NCBI RefSeq assembly: GCF_003334385.1
Contig: NZ_QOWN01000004.1
Strand: one strand, 5' to 3'
DNA: 64,000 nucleotides
From: Escherichia coli
GTDB taxonomy: Bacteria > Pseudomonadota > Gammaproteobacteria > Enterobacterales > Enterobacteriaceae
The notes under the pieces were generated by a model. That model saw nothing but the letters and a program-made list of their open reading frames with translations. It was not told the DNA's origin and ran no database searches. How positions within the stretch are numbered: position 1 is the stretch's first letter; the number at the start of each line of letters is the position of its first letter. A program made the translations under genes and the position numbers. This document shows, in pieces, positions 1 to 15,981 of the stretch.

Positions 1-151
1 CTTTCATGTCGACCTTGTAGTATTTAACGAACAGATCGATAACCAGTTTTGTCAGCCATCCTGCCCGCTTGCTTGCGCCCCAACCCGCCAGGCGAGTAAG
101 CCATAGTTTCGGCAGAATGTACTGTAGCGAAAGTTTAAATGAATTTAACAA
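1..151 (-). CDS. psd: phosphatidylserine decarboxylase proenzyme, N-terminal 50 codons only (gene continues beyond window start)
   Basis: Reverse-strand translation reads [50 protein letters not shown], recognised as Psd N-terminus; TTG start at 151..149 preceded by GGAGG; not in ORF track because it has no stop inside the window. Confidence 0.8.
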   Translation of the reverse strand, partial: MLNSFKLSLQYILPKLWLTRLAGWGASKRAGWLTKLVIDLFVKYYKVDMK

Positions 152-183
152 GGTAGCCTCCAGGCCATTGTTTTGTCGTTCCT

Positions 184-205
184 GATCCGGCCTACATGCC
201 GGATC
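184..205. repeat. perfect 8-bp-stem palindrome (gatccggc-ctacat-gccggatc) at the rsgA-psd junction, REP-like
   Basis: inverted repeat read directly in sequence between rsgA stop (248) and psd start (151). Confidence 0.4.
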
Positions 206-247
206 CTGAAAAAAAGGGGACGATTCTAACGACGGTTAGCTTAATTG

Positions 248-1300
248 TCAGTCATCCGTATCAGAAAAGTTTTTACGCGTTTTTACCTGCGCCATGCTTT
301 CCAGAATACGGTGATAGTTTTCGAAACGGGTTTCCGCGATTTTCCCTTCCTCAACCGCTTCCCGGATAGCGCAGCCCGGATCGGTATCGTGTTTGCAATC
401 GCGATATTTACACAGACCTAAATAGTCATGGAATTCGACAAAGCCCTGAGTGATTTGTTCCGGCTCCAGGTGCCAGAGGCCGAACTCACGCACTCCTGGG
501 GAGTCAATCACATCACCGCCGTGCGGGAAGTGATACAGCCGAGCGGCGGTCGTGGTGTGCTGACCGAGCCCCGAGTTGTCAGAGATATCGTTGGTCAGGA
601 TCTCTTTTTGCAGCCCCAGCAACGCATTCAGCAGGCTGGATTTGCCGACGCCAGACTGCCCGGCAAAAATGCTGATGCGCCCGGTCAACGCCTCTTCCAG
701 CGGTTTTAGCCCATCCTGAGTATGGCTGGAAACCATCAATACGCGATAACCGATATTGCGGTAGATATCCATCTGCTCGTTGACGAACGCCATGCCTTCG
801 TCGTCCAGCAGGTCTATCTTGTTGAGCACAATAATCGGCTCAATCTGCAAGGTTTCGCAGGCCACCAGGTAACGGTCGATAATATTGAGCGACAGCTCCG
901 GCAAAATGGCGGAGACAATGACAATCTGGTCGATGTTGGCGGCAATAGGTTTTACGCCGTCGTAGAAATCCGGACGCGTCAACACCGAGGTACGCTCATG
1001 CACCGCTTCCACGATCCCTTTGACATTTACGCCTTCCGCCGCCGGTTTACCCGGACGCCAGACTACGCGGTCGCCGGTTACCAGCGAACGGATGGTACGG
1101 CGAATATTGCAGCGGTGAACGTCGCCATCGGCGGATTCCACATCAGCGTGCATACCAAAGCGGCTGATGACGATACCTTCATCAGGCTCGCCAAACAGAT
1201 TGTCGTCGTAGTCGGGCTTCTCCTTAGACGTTTTAAGACGACGCTGGTGATTGGCGTTCACGCGGCGCTGCTGGCCTTTGGAGAGTTTATTTTTACTCAA
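248..1300 (-). CDS. rsgA: ribosome small-subunit-dependent GTPase A
   Basis: ORF track 248..1333; translation matches RsgA/YjeQ (GTPase motifs GQSGVGKSS); start trimmed to in-frame TTG giving the 350 aa I recall. Confidence 0.9.
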
Positions 1301-1394
1301 TCGTACAGACTCCTGGTCGCCCCTGATGGGCAAAACATCTATGATACACGCAATTGTGGATCAATATAGTCACTGTGAATGGGTGGAAAATAGC

Positions 1395-1940
1395 ATGAGT
1401 GCCAATGAAAACAACCTGATTTGGATCGATCTTGAGATGACCGGTCTGGATCCCGAGCGCGATCGCATTATTGAGATTGCCACGCTGGTGACCGATGCCA
1501 ACCTGAATATTCTGGCAGAAGGGCCGACCATTGCAGTACACCAGTCTGATGAACAGCTGGCGCTGATGGATGACTGGAACGTGCGCACCCATACCGCCAG
1601 CGGGCTGGTAGAGCGCGTGAAAGCGAGCACGATGGGCGATCGGGAAGCTGAACTGGCAACGCTCGAATTTTTAAAACAGTGGGTGCCTGCGGGAAAATCG
1701 CCGATTTGCGGTAACAGCATCGGTCAGGACCGTCGTTTCCTGTTTAAATACATGCCGGAGCTGGAAGCCTACTTCCACTACCGTTATCTCGATGTCAGCA
1801 CCCTGAAAGAGCTGGCGCGCCGCTGGAAGCCGGAAATTCTGGATGGTTTTACCAAGCAGGGGACGCATCAGGCGATGGATGATATCCGTGAATCGGTGGC
1901 GGAGCTGGCTTACTACCGCGAGCATTTTATCAAGCTGTAA
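1395..1940 (+). CDS. orn: oligoribonuclease
   Basis: ORF track 1251..1940; start trimmed to ATG giving [19 protein letters not shown]..., 181 aa as recalled for Orn. Confidence 0.93.
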
Positions 1941-2065
1941 AATTTTTCCTGGTCACGTAAGCGCCGGAATCCACTTGCGGCGGCGTGATTTTGACGCTAA
2001 ATTGAACGTCTTGCTGATAATTTCAGCACTTGAGATAAAAACGCAAAAAAAACTTTTTTGGGGGG

Positions 2066-2093
2066 TTGCAGAGGGAAAGATTTCTCGTATAAT
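2066..2093 (+). promoter_or_regulatory. candidate sigma70 promoter of the tRNA-Gly operon (-35 TTGCAG, 16-bp spacer, -10 TATAAT, GC-rich discriminator GCGCCTCC)
   Basis: hexamers read in sequence about 58 bp upstream of first tRNA; A/T-run upstream resembles an UP element. Confidence 0.55.
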
Positions 2094-2150
2094 GCGCCTC
2101 CCGTAACGACGCAGAAATGCGAAAATTACGAAAGCAAAATTAAGTAGTAC

Positions 2151-2226
<76 letters not shown>

Positions 2227-2262
2227 AAATTTGAAAAGTGCTGCAAAGCACAGACCACCCAA

Positions 2263-2338
<76 letters not shown>

Positions 2339-2374
2339 AAATTTGAAAAGTGCTGCAAAGCACAGACCACCCAA

Positions 2375-2450
<76 letters not shown>

Positions 2451-2719
2451 AATTCTTCTCTCAATAAAATATCCACAGCGACGCGATGCGTTATTGCTGG
2501 TTTTTGTTGTCTCTGACAAACTCTTGTAAACAGAGTTATCCACAGCCTCAGGCTGTAATCTTAATTTCAAAGAAACTTCGCACGGTGAATAGTATTTTTT
2601 TAACCTATTGATAGATAAGTTAAAAATTAAGATTCCGTTTTGTCGAGTCGATCACTTGACGATTTTATTCGTCTTGAATTGCAATGCGTTTTTATTTTTA
2701 TTCACAAGCTGTGGATGAA

Positions 2720-3857
2720 TCAGGCGTCACGCGGTAACCCTTTTTCAATCACCCGAACCAGACGCTGTTTTTTCGGCAATTGCACTTCGACTATGCACGC
2801 ATTTCGTCTCTCTATTTGCTGCGCAATCGCCCACGCTATGTGCTCATCGAGAAGTGGGAGCTCACCTTTACGACTTTCCAGCGCTGTCAAAATCGTTTCA
2901 TCCCAAGGGGCATTGCCTAATGCTACGGCGATATTACGCAGCCAACGCAGGTGACCAATACGACGAATCGCCGATCCTTCCGTGACTTTTAAAAACTTCT
3001 CTTCGCTCCAGGCGAATAACTCAATGAGTTCCGGTGCGTGTAGCGGCTTACGCGGGCTGAAATCCTCTTCTGTGGTGAGTTGTGAATAGCGATTCCACGG
3101 GCAGATAAGCTGGCAGTCATCGCAACCGTAAATACGGTTTCCCATTAACGGTCGCAACTCTTCCGGGATCGCCCCTTCAAGTTCGATGGTGAGATAAGAG
3201 ATACAGCGGCGAGCATCGACGGTATATGGCTCGACGATGGCACCGGTCGGGCAAATCGTCATACAGGCCACGCATTTGCCGCATCCTTCCTCGACTGGTT
3301 GATCCACGGGCAGCGGAATATCGACCAGCAATTCGCCTAAAAAGAAGAACGAACCGGCCTCGCGATTGAGGATAAGTGAGTGCTTACCTGTCCAGCCGAG
3401 CCCAGCTTTTTCAGCTAACGGGCGCTCGAGAATAGGCGCAGAATCGACAAACGGTCTAAAATTCAGCGAAACACAATGTTGCTGAATCATCTCGCCCAGC
3501 TTTTTGAGTCGGTTGCGCAGAAGTTTGTGATAGTCACGGCCCAGCGCATAACGGCTAACATAGCCGAGTTTGGGGTTTTTCAGCGTGCTGGCAAATGCGG
3601 CGTTAGCAGGAAGGTAATTCATCCGCACGCTGATCACGCGCAGCGTACCGGGCAATAACTCATGAGGGCGAGCGCGCAGCATACCGTGACGTGCCATCCA
3701 GTCCATTTCGCCGTGGTATTGTTTGTCCAGCCATGCTTGCAGTTTGGGCTCGGACTCGCTGAGATCGGTATCGGTAATACCTACCTGCTGAAAGCCCAGT
3801 TCCAGCCCCCACTGTTTAATTTTTTGCGCTAACTGATTGAGATCGAGGGGCTCTGAC

Positions 3858-3859
<2 letters not shown>
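2720..3859 (-). CDS. queG: epoxyqueuosine reductase
   Basis: ORF track 2720..3967; start trimmed to ATG giving MSEPLDLNQLAQKIKQWG..., 379 aa; Cys-rich 4Fe-4S ferredoxin motifs CGKCVACMTICP / CDDCQLICP. Confidence 0.9.
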
Positions 3860-5838
<1,979 letters not shown>

Positions 5839-5856
5839 CCTTTGAAAGGTGGCGGG

Positions 5857-7194
5857 ATGATGTATCGCATCAGAAATTGGTTGGTAGCGACGCTGCTGCT
5901 GCTGTGCACGCCGGTGGGTGCCGCGACGCTCTCTGATATTCAGGTTTCTAACGGTAATCAACAGGCGCGGATAACGTTGAGTTTTATTGGCGATCCTGAT
6001 TATGCGTTTAGCCATCAAAGCAAACGCACCGTGGCGCTCGATATCAAACAAACGGGCGTGATTCAGGGACTGCCGTTGTTGTTCAGCGGCAATAATCTGG
6101 TGAAGGCGATTCGCTCTGGAACGCCTAAAGATGCACAAACGCTACGGCTGGTGGTCGATCTTACCGAAAACGGTAAAACCGAAGCGGTGAAGCGGCAGAA
6201 TGGCAGCAATTACACTGTCGTCTTTACGATTAACGCCGATGTGCCGCCACCGCCTCCTCCGCCGCCCGTGGTTGCGAAACGCGTTGAAACGCCTGCGGTT
6301 GTCGCACCGCGCGTCAGCGAACCGGCGCGCAATCCGTTTAAAACGGAAAGTAACCGCACTACGGGTGTTATCAGCAGTAATACGGTAACGCGTCCGGCAG
6401 CGCGCGCGACGGCTAACACTGGCGATAAAATTATCATCGCTATTGATGCCGGACACGGCGGTCAGGACCCTGGCGCTATCGGCCCCGGTGGTACGCGGGA
6501 GAAAAATGTCACCATCGCCATCGCGCGTAAATTGCGTACTTTGCTCAATGACGATCCGATGTTTAAAGGCGTTTTAACCCGTGACGGGGATTACTTTATC
6601 TCGGTGATGGGGCGCAGTGATGTGGCACGTAAGCAAAACGCCAATTTCCTCGTGTCGATTCACGCTGATGCCGCACCGAACCGCAGTGCGACTGGCGCTT
6701 CCGTATGGGTGCTCTCTAACCGTCGCGCCAACAGTGAAATGGCCAGCTGGCTGGAGCAGCACGAGAAACAGTCGGAGCTGCTGGGTGGGGCGGGTGATGT
6801 GCTGGCGAACAGTCAGTCTGACCCCTATTTAAGCCAGGCGGTGCTGGATTTACAGTTCGGTCATTCCCAGCGGGTAGGGTATGATGTAGCGACCAGTATG
6901 ATCAGTCAGTTGCAACGCATTGGCGAAATACATAAACGTCGACCAGAACACGCCAGCCTTGGCGTTCTGCGCTCGCCGGATATCCCATCAGTACTGGTCG
7001 AAACCGGTTTTATCAGCAACAACAGCGAAGAACGTTTGCTGGCGAGCGACGATTACCAACAACAGCTGGCAGAAGCCATTTACAAAGGCCTGCGCAATTA
7101 CTTCCTTGCGCATCCGATGCAATCTGCGCCGCAGGGTGCAACGGCACAAACTGCCAGTACGGTGACGACGCCAGATCGCACGCTGCCAAACTAA
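5857..7194 (+). CDS. amiB: N-acetylmuramoyl-L-alanine amidase AmiB
   Basis: ORF track 5842..7194; start trimmed to ATG ([16 protein letters not shown] signal peptide), 445 aa; Pro-rich linker; amidase_3 domain. Confidence 0.92.
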
Positions 7195-7203
7195 GGACGA
7201 TTG

Positions 7204-9051
7204 ATGCCAATTCAGGTCTTACCGCCACAACTGGCGAACCAGATTGCCGCAGGTGAGGTGGTCGAGCGACCTGCGTCGGTAGTCAAAGAACTAGTGGAAA
7301 ACAGCCTCGATGCAGGTGCGACGCGTATCGATATTGATATCGAACGCGGTGGGGCGAAACTTATCCGCATTCGTGATAACGGCTGCGGTATCAAAAAAGA
7401 TGAGCTGGCGCTGGCGCTGGCTCGTCATGCCACCAGTAAAATCGCCTCTCTGGACGATCTCGAAGCCATTATCAGCCTGGGCTTTCGCGGTGAGGCGCTG
7501 GCGAGTATCAGTTCGGTTTCCCGCCTGACGCTCACTTCACGCACCGCAGAACAGCAGGAAGCCTGGCAGGCCTATGCCGAAGGGCGCGATATGAACGTGA
7601 CGGTAAAACCGGCGGCGCATCCTGTGGGGACGACGCTGGAGGTGCTGGATCTGTTCTACAACACCCCGGCGCGGCGCAAATTCCTGCGCACCGAGAAAAC
7701 CGAATTTAACCACATTGATGAGATCATCCGCCGCATTGCGCTGGCGCGTTTCGACGTCACGATCAACCTGTCGCATAACGGTAAAATTGTGCGTCAGTAC
7801 CGCGCAGTGCCGGAAGGCGGGCAAAAAGAACGGCGCTTAGGCGCGATTTGCGGCACCGCTTTTCTTGAACAAGCGCTGGCGATTGAATGGCAACACGGCG
7901 ATCTCACGCTACGCGGCTGGGTGGCCGATCCAAATCACACCACGCCCGCACTGGCAGAAATTCAGTATTGCTACGTGAACGGTCGCATGATGCGCGATCG
8001 CCTGATCAATCACGCGATCCGCCAGGCCTGCGAAGACAAACTGGGGGCCGATCAGCAACCGGCATTTGTGTTGTATCTGGAGATCGACCCACATCAGGTG
8101 GACGTCAACGTGCACCCCGCCAAACACGAAGTGCGTTTCCATCAGTCGCGTCTGGTGCATGATTTTATCTATCAGGGCGTGCTGAGCGTGCTACAACAGC
8201 AACTGGAAACGCCGCTACCGCTGGACGATGAACCCCAACCTGCACCGCGTTCCATTCCGGAAAACCGCGTGGCGGCGGGGCGCAATCACTTTGCAGAACC
8301 GGCAGCTCGTGAGCCGGTAGCTCCGCGCTACACTCCTGCGCCAGCATCAGGCAGTCGTCCGGCTGCCCCCTGGCCGAATGCGCAGCCAGGCTACCAGAAA
8401 CAGCAAGGTGAAGTGTATCGCCAGCTTTTGCAAACGCCCGCGCCGATGCAAAAATTAAAAGCGCCGGAACCGCAGGAACCTGCACTTGCGGCGAACAGTC
8501 AGAGTTTTGGTCGGGTACTGACTATCGTCCATTCCGACTGTGCGTTGCTGGAGCGCGACGGCAACATTTCACTTTTATCCTTGCCAGTGGCAGAACGTTG
8601 GCTGCGTCAGGCACAATTGACGCCGGGTGAAGCGCCCGTTTGCGCCCAGCCGCTGCTGATTCCGTTGCGGCTAAAAGTTTCTGCCGAAGAAAAATCGGCA
8701 TTAGAAAAAGCGCAGTCTGCCCTGGCGGAATTGGGTATTGATTTCCAGTCAGATGCACAGCATGTGACCATCAGGGCAGTGCCTTTACCCTTACGCCAAC
8801 AAAATTTACAAATCTTGATTCCTGAACTGATAGGCTACCTGGCGAAGCAGTCCGTATTCGAACCTGGCAATATTGCGCAGTGGATTGCACGAAATCTGAT
8901 GAGCGAACATGCGCAGTGGTCAATGGCACAGGCCATAACCCTGCTGGCGGACGTGGAACGGTTATGTCCGCAACTTGTGAAAACGCCGCCGGGTGGTCTG
9001 TTACAATCTGTTGATTTACATCCGGCGATAAAAGCCCTGAAAGATGAGTGA
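7204..9051 (+). CDS. mutL: DNA mismatch repair protein MutL
   Basis: ORF track 7201..9051; [27 protein letters not shown] ATPase N-terminus; 615 aa. Confidence 0.93.
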
Positions 9052-9994
9052 TATCAGTAAGGCGAGCCTGCCTAAGGCGATTTTTTTGATGGGGCCGACG
9101 GCCTCCGGTAAAACGGCGTTAGCCATTGAGCTGCGTAAAATTTTACCAGTAGAGTTGATAAGCGTTGATTCTGCCCTTATTTACAAAGGGATGGATATCG
9201 GGACGGCGAAGCCGAACGCTGAAGAGTTACTCGCCGCGCCGCACCGATTGCTGGATATTCGCGATCCGTCGCAGGCTTACTCGGCTGCTGATTTTCGCCG
9301 CGATGCGCTGGCGGAAATGGCCGATATCACCGCGGCGGGGCGGATCCCACTGTTAGTGGGCGGTACGATGTTGTATTTCAAGGCATTGCTGGAAGGGTTG
9401 TCGCCGCTACCGTCGGCAGACCCGGAAGTACGGGCCAGAATTGAGCAACAGGCGGCAGAGCAAGGTTGGGAGTCATTGCATCGTCAACTTCAGGAGGTAG
9501 ATCCGGTTGCGGCAGCAAGGATTCATCCAAATGATCCACAAAGGCTTTCCCGGGCACTGGAAGTTTTTTTCATTTCGGGTAAAACTTTAACGGAACTGAC
9601 GCAAACGTCAGGAGACGCTCTACCGTATCAGGTGCATCAGTTCGCCATCGCCCCGGCGAGCCGTGAACTGCTCCATCAACGCATTGAGCAGCGTTTTCAT
9701 CAGATGTTGGCTTCAGGTTTTGAAGCAGAAGTCCGGGCGCTTTTTGCCCGAGGAGATTTGCATACGGACTTGCCTTCCATTCGTTGCGTGGGTTATCGCC
9801 AGATGTGGTCTTACCTTGAAGGCGAAATCTCATACGATGAAATGGTTTATCGAGGTGTTTGCGCCACGAGACAGTTGGCGAAGCGGCAGATAACCTGGCT
9901 GCGTGGTTGGGAAGGGGTTCACTGGCTTGACAGTGAAAAACCAGAACAGGCGCGTGACGAAGTATTACAGGTTGTTGGTGCTATCGCAGGCTGA
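9044..9994 (+). CDS. miaA: tRNA dimethylallyltransferase
   Basis: ORF track; 316 aa, P-loop GPTASGKT; overlaps mutL stop by 8 nt. Confidence 0.93.
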
Positions 9995-10067
9995 ATGTGT
10001 ACAATTGAGACGTATCGTGCGCAATTTTTTCAGAATCGAAAGGTTCAAAGTACAAATAAGCATATAA

Positions 10068-10407
<340 letters not shown>

Positions 10408-10463
10408 ACACGGGGAGCCAGCGATCCTGCGTTCCCCGCTGATCTATTTAGAGGGTTATACGC

Positions 10464-11744
10464 TTGTTTGACCGTTATGATGCTGGTGAGCAGGCGGTAC
10501 TGGTACACATCTATTTTACGCAAGACAAAGATATGGAAGACCTCCAGGAGTTTGAATCTCTGGTCTCTTCCGCCGGTGTCGAAGCATTGCAGGTGATTAC
10601 CGGTAGCCGTAAAGCGCCGCACCCAAAGTATTTTGTAGGTGAAGGTAAAGCAGTTGAAATTGCGGAAGCTGTCAAAGCGACGGGTGCTTCGGTCGTTCTT
10701 TTTGACCATGCCCTGAGCCCGGCGCAAGAGCGTAACCTGGAGCGTTTGTGCGAGTGTCGTGTTATCGACCGCACCGGCCTTATTTTAGATATTTTCGCCC
10801 AACGTGCGCGTACCCATGAGGGTAAGTTGCAGGTTGAGCTGGCGCAGCTGCGCCATCTGGCTACGCGCCTGGTGCGTGGCTGGACCCACCTTGAAAGACA
10901 GAAAGGCGGGATAGGTTTGCGTGGTCCGGGTGAAACCCAGCTCGAAACCGACCGTCGTTTGTTGCGTAATCGCATCGTGCAGATACAGTCGCGCCTGGAA
11001 AGAGTTGAAAAGCAGCGTGAGCAGGGGCGGCAATCGCGTATCAAAGCCGACGTTCCTACTGTTTCGCTGGTGGGATATACCAACGCCGGTAAATCTACCC
11101 TTTTCAATCGCATCACCGAAGCGCGGGTCTACGCGGCAGACCAGTTGTTTGCCACCCTCGACCCGACGTTGCGGCGTATTGACGTTGCAGATGTCGGTGA
11201 AACCGTACTTGCAGATACCGTAGGGTTTATTCGCCACCTGCCGCACGATCTGGTGGCGGCATTTAAAGCCACGTTACAAGAGACGCGGCAAGCCACATTA
11301 CTGCTGCACGTCATTGATGCGGCGGATGTGCGTGTACAAGAAAACATCGAAGCGGTGAATACGGTTCTTGAAGAGATCGACGCTCACGAGATCCCAACCC
11401 TGCTGGTGATGAACAAGATCGATATGCTGGAAGATTTCGAACCGCGTATTGATCGGGACGAAGAGAACAAACCGATCCGTGTCTGGCTTTCCGCACAGAC
11501 CGGAGCGGGGATACCACAGCTTTTTCAGGCTTTGACGGAGCGGCTTTCCGGCGAGGTGGCGCAGCATACATTGCGTCTGCCACCGCAGGAAGGGCGTCTG
11601 AGAAGTCGTTTTTATCAGCTTCAGGCAATAGAAAAAGAGTGGATGGAGGAGGACGGCAGCGTAAGTCTGCAAGTTCGTATGCCGATCGTTGACTGGCGTC
11701 GCCTCTGTAAACAAGAACCGGCGTTGATCGATTACCTGATCTAA
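10464..11744 (+). CDS. hflX: ribosome-associated GTPase HflX
   Basis: ORF track; 426 aa; TTG start; G-domain GYTNAGKST. Confidence 0.93.
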   Translation: MFDRYDAGEQAVLVHIYFTQDKDMEDLQEFESLVSSAGVEALQVITGSRKAPHPKYFVGEGKAVEIAEAVKATGASVVLFDHALSPAQERNLERLCECRVIDRTGLILDIFAQRARTHEGKLQVELAQLRHLATRLVRGWTHLERQKGGIGLRGPGETQLETDRRLLRNRIVQIQSRLERVEKQREQGRQSRIKADVPTVSLVGYTNAGKSTLFNRITEARVYAADQLFATLDPTLRRIDVADVGETVLADTVGFIRHLPHDLVAAFKATLQETRQATLLLHVIDAADVRVQENIEAVNTVLEEIDAHEIPTLLVMNKIDMLEDFEPRIDRDEENKPIRVWLSAQTGAGIPQLFQALTERLSGEVAQHTLRLPPQEGRLRSRFYQLQAIEKEWMEEDGSVSLQVRMPIVDWRRLCKQEPALIDYLI

Positions 11745-11829
11745 CGGCGTAGCGTCTGAAGCGTGGAGTCATATCCTCTGGCGTCGAAAGACAACAGGGA
11801 TCACCGCATAACAAATATGGAGCACAAAC

Positions 11830-13089
11830 ATGGCGTGGAATCAGCCCGGTAATAACGGACAAGACCGCGACCCGTGGGGAAGCAGCAAACCTGGCGGCAA
11901 CTCTGAGGGAAATGGAAACAAAGGCGGTCGCGATCAAGGGCCACCTGATTTAGATGATATCTTCCGCAAACTGAGCAAAAAGCTCGGTGGTCTGGGCGGC
12001 GGTAAAGGCACCGGATCTGGCGGTGGCAGTTCATCGCAAGGCCCGCGCCCGCAGCTTGGCGGTCGTGTCGTTACCATCGCAGCGGCAGCGATTGTCATTA
12101 TCTGGGCGGCCAGTGGTTTCTATACCATTAAAGAAGCCGAACGCGGCGTGGTAACACGCTTTGGTAAATTCAGCCATCTGGTTGAGCCGGGTCTGAACTG
12201 GAAACCGACGTTTATCGACGAAGTCAAACCGGTGAACGTGGAAGCCGTGCGTGAACTGGCCGCTTCTGGTGTGATGCTGACGTCGGACGAGAACGTAGTG
12301 CGCGTTGAGATGAACGTGCAGTACCGCGTCACCAATCCGGAAAAATATCTGTATAGCGTGACCAGCCCGGATGACAGCCTGCGTCAGGCTACCGACAGCG
12401 CCCTGCGTGGAGTTATCGGTAAATACACCATGGACCGCATTCTGACGGAAGGTCGTACCGTGATTCGTAGCGATACTCAGCGCGAACTGGAAGAGACGAT
12501 TCGTCCGTATGACATGGGTATCACGCTGCTGGACGTCAACTTCCAGGCTGCTCGTCCGCCGGAAGAAGTAAAAGCGGCGTTTGACGATGCGATTGCCGCG
12601 CGTGAAAACGAACAGCAATACATTCGTGAAGCAGAAGCGTATACCAACGAAGTTCAGCCGCGTGCGAACGGTCAGGCGCAACGTATCCTCGAAGAGGCGC
12701 GTGCGTACAAGGCCCAGACCATCCTGGAAGCTCAGGGTGAAGTGGCGCGCTTTGCTAAACTTCTGCCGGAATATAAAGCCGCGCCGGAAATTACTCGCGA
12801 GCGTCTGTATATCGAGACGATGGAAAAAGTGTTGGGTAACACCCGCAAAGTGCTGGTTAACGATAAAGGTGGCAACCTGATGGTTCTGCCGTTAGACCAG
12901 ATGCTGAAAGGTGGTAACGCCCCTGCGGCGAAGAGCGATAACGGTGCCAGCAATCTGCTGCGTCTGCCGCCAGCCTCTTCCTCCACAACCAGTGGAGCAA
13001 GCAACACGTCGTCCACCAGTCAGGGCGATATTATGGACCAACGCCGCGCCAACGCGCAGCGTAACGACTACCAGCGTCAGGGGGAATAA
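11830..13089 (+). CDS. hflK: FtsH protease modulator HflK (SPFH/band-7)
   Basis: ORF track; 419 aa; Gly-rich N-terminus, TM helix, SPFH domain. Confidence 0.95.
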   Translation: MAWNQPGNNGQDRDPWGSSKPGGNSEGNGNKGGRDQGPPDLDDIFRKLSKKLGGLGGGKGTGSGGGSSSQGPRPQLGGRVVTIAAAAIVIIWAASGFYTIKEAERGVVTRFGKFSHLVEPGLNWKPTFIDEVKPVNVEAVRELAASGVMLTSDENVVRVEMNVQYRVTNPEKYLYSVTSPDDSLRQATDSALRGVIGKYTMDRILTEGRTVIRSDTQRELEETIRPYDMGITLLDVNFQAARPPEEVKAAFDDAIAARENEQQYIREAEAYTNEVQPRANGQAQRILEEARAYKAQTILEAQGEVARFAKLLPEYKAAPEITRERLYIETMEKVLGNTRKVLVNDKGGNLMVLPLDQMLKGGNAPAAKSDNGASNLLRLPPASSSTTSGASNTSSTSQGDIMDQRRANAQRNDYQRQGE

Positions 13090-13091
13090 CG

Positions 13092-14096
13092 ATGCGTAAG
13101 TCAGTTATCGCGATTATCATCATCGTGCTGGTAGTGCTTTACATGTCTGTCTTTGTCGTCAAAGAAGGTGAGCGCGGTATTACGCTGCGTTTTGGTAAGG
13201 TACTGCGTGACGATGACAACAAACCTCTGGTTTATGAGCCGGGTCTGCATTTCAAGATACCGTTCATTGAAACGGTGAAAATGCTCGACGCACGTATTCA
13301 GACCATGGACAACCAGGCCGACCGCTTTGTGACCAAAGAGAAGAAAGACCTGATCGTCGACTCTTACATCAAATGGCGCATCAGCGATTTCAGCCGTTAC
13401 TACCTGGCAACGGGTGGTGGCGACATTTCGCAAGCGGAAGTGCTGTTGAAACGTAAGTTCTCTGACCGTCTGCGTTCTGAAATTGGTCGCCTGGACGTGA
13501 AAGATATCGTCACCGATTCCCGTGGTCGTCTGACCCTCGAAGTACGTGACGCGCTGAACTCCGGTTCTGCGGGTACAGAAGATGAAGTTACTACCCCGGC
13601 GGCAGATAACGCCATTGCCGAAGCGGCAGAGCGCGTAACGGCTGAGACGAAGGGCAAAGTTCCGGTCATCAACCCGAACAGTATGGCGGCGCTGGGTATT
13701 GAAGTTGTCGATGTGCGTATCAAGCAGATCAACCTGCCGACCGAAGTGTCTGAAGCGATCTACAACCGTATGCGCGCCGAGCGTGAAGCGGTAGCGCGTC
13801 GTCACCGTTCACAAGGTCAGGAAGAAGCGGAAAAACTGCGCGCGACTGCCGACTATGAAGTGACCAGAACGCTGGCAGAAGCTGAGCGTCAGGGCCGCAT
13901 CATGCGTGGTGAAGGCGATGCCGAAGCAGCCAAACTGTTTGCTGATGCATTCAGTAAAGATCCGGACTTCTACGCATTCATCCGTAGCCTGCGTGCTTAT
14001 GAGAACAGCTTCTCTGGCAATCAGGACGTGATGGTCATGAGCCCGGATAGCGATTTCTTCCGCTACATGAAGACGCCGACTTCCGCAACGCGTTAA
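13092..14096 (+). CDS. hflC: FtsH protease modulator HflC (SPFH/band-7)
   Basis: ORF track; 334 aa; 2-nt gap after hflK. Confidence 0.95.
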   Translation: MRKSVIAIIIIVLVVLYMSVFVVKEGERGITLRFGKVLRDDDNKPLVYEPGLHFKIPFIETVKMLDARIQTMDNQADRFVTKEKKDLIVDSYIKWRISDFSRYYLATGGGDISQAEVLLKRKFSDRLRSEIGRLDVKDIVTDSRGRLTLEVRDALNSGSAGTEDEVTTPAADNAIAEAAERVTAETKGKVPVINPNSMAALGIEVVDVRIKQINLPTEVSEAIYNRMRAEREAVARRHRSQGQEEAEKLRATADYEVTRTLAEAERQGRIMRGEGDAEAAKLFADAFSKDPDFYAFIRSLRAYENSFSGNQDVMVMSPDSDFFRYMKTPTSATR

Positions 14097-14124
14097 TATA
14101 ACGACTGCGGTACAGGTCAATAAA

Positions 14125-14163
14125 GCCACCGCATCCTCAGGGATGTCGGTGGTTTTCTTTTTC
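14125..14163 (+). terminator. intrinsic terminator after hflC (GC stem ccaccgcatcc/ggatgtcggtgg + T-rich tail)
   Basis: hairpin and TTTTCTTTTT read in sequence. Confidence 0.6.
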
Positions 14164-14177
14164 TATAAGGATAATGA

Positions 14178-14375
14178 ATGAATTCGACAATCTGGCTGGC
14201 GCTTGCCCTGGTTTTGGTACTGGAAGGTTTAGGGCCGATGCTTTACCCGAAGGCATGGAAGAAGATGATCTCTGCGATGACCAATTTGCCCGATAATATT
14301 TTACGTCGTTTTGGCGGTGGACTTGTGGTTGCGGGCGTTGTGGTCTACTACATGTTGAGGAAAACGATTGGCTGA
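14178..14375 (+). CDS. yjeT: small inner-membrane protein YjeT (DUF2065)
   Basis: ORF track; 65 aa, two hydrophobic helices. Confidence 0.85.
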   Translation: MNSTIWLALALVLVLEGLGPMLYPKAWKKMISAMTNLPDNILRRFGGGLVVAGVVVYYMLRKTIG

Positions 14376-14456
14376 ACAAAAAACAGACTGATCGAGGTCA
14401 TTTTTGAGTGCAAAAAGTGCTGTAACTCTGAAAAAGCGATGGTAGAATCCATTTTT

Positions 14457-14473
14457 AAGCAAACGGTGATTTT
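14457..14473 (+). promoter_or_regulatory. candidate PurR operator half-match (AAGCAAACGGTGATTTT) upstream of purA
   Basis: resembles the PurR box core GCAAACG; the second half is degenerate. Confidence 0.35.
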
Positions 14474-14475
14474 GA

Positions 14476-15777
<1,302 letters not shown>

Positions 15778-15981
15778 TTCTGGTACGCCTGGCAGATATT
15801 TTGCCTGCCGGGCGAACAGTGTGATACATTGCTGTGTCGGGTAAGCCATTACGCTATCCGACACAGTGTTAAATCCTCGCTTTTTTCCTTCCCCGAACTG
15901 AAATAAATTAGCGACACAGCTTGTGGCTGGTTTATCATCAATATAAATGTATTTTTTCCCGATTTCCCTTTTGAGGTTGAT

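Noticed and set aside
722-1369. 215-aa plus-strand ORF
   Set aside because: Lies entirely antisense to rsgA, whose translation matches a known GTPase; antisense ORFs of this kind are expected by chance in GC-balanced coding DNA.
6210-6437. 75-aa minus-strand ORF with a poly-Gly run
   Set aside because: It is the antisense reading of the AmiB Pro-rich linker (CCG/CCT repeats) inside amiB.
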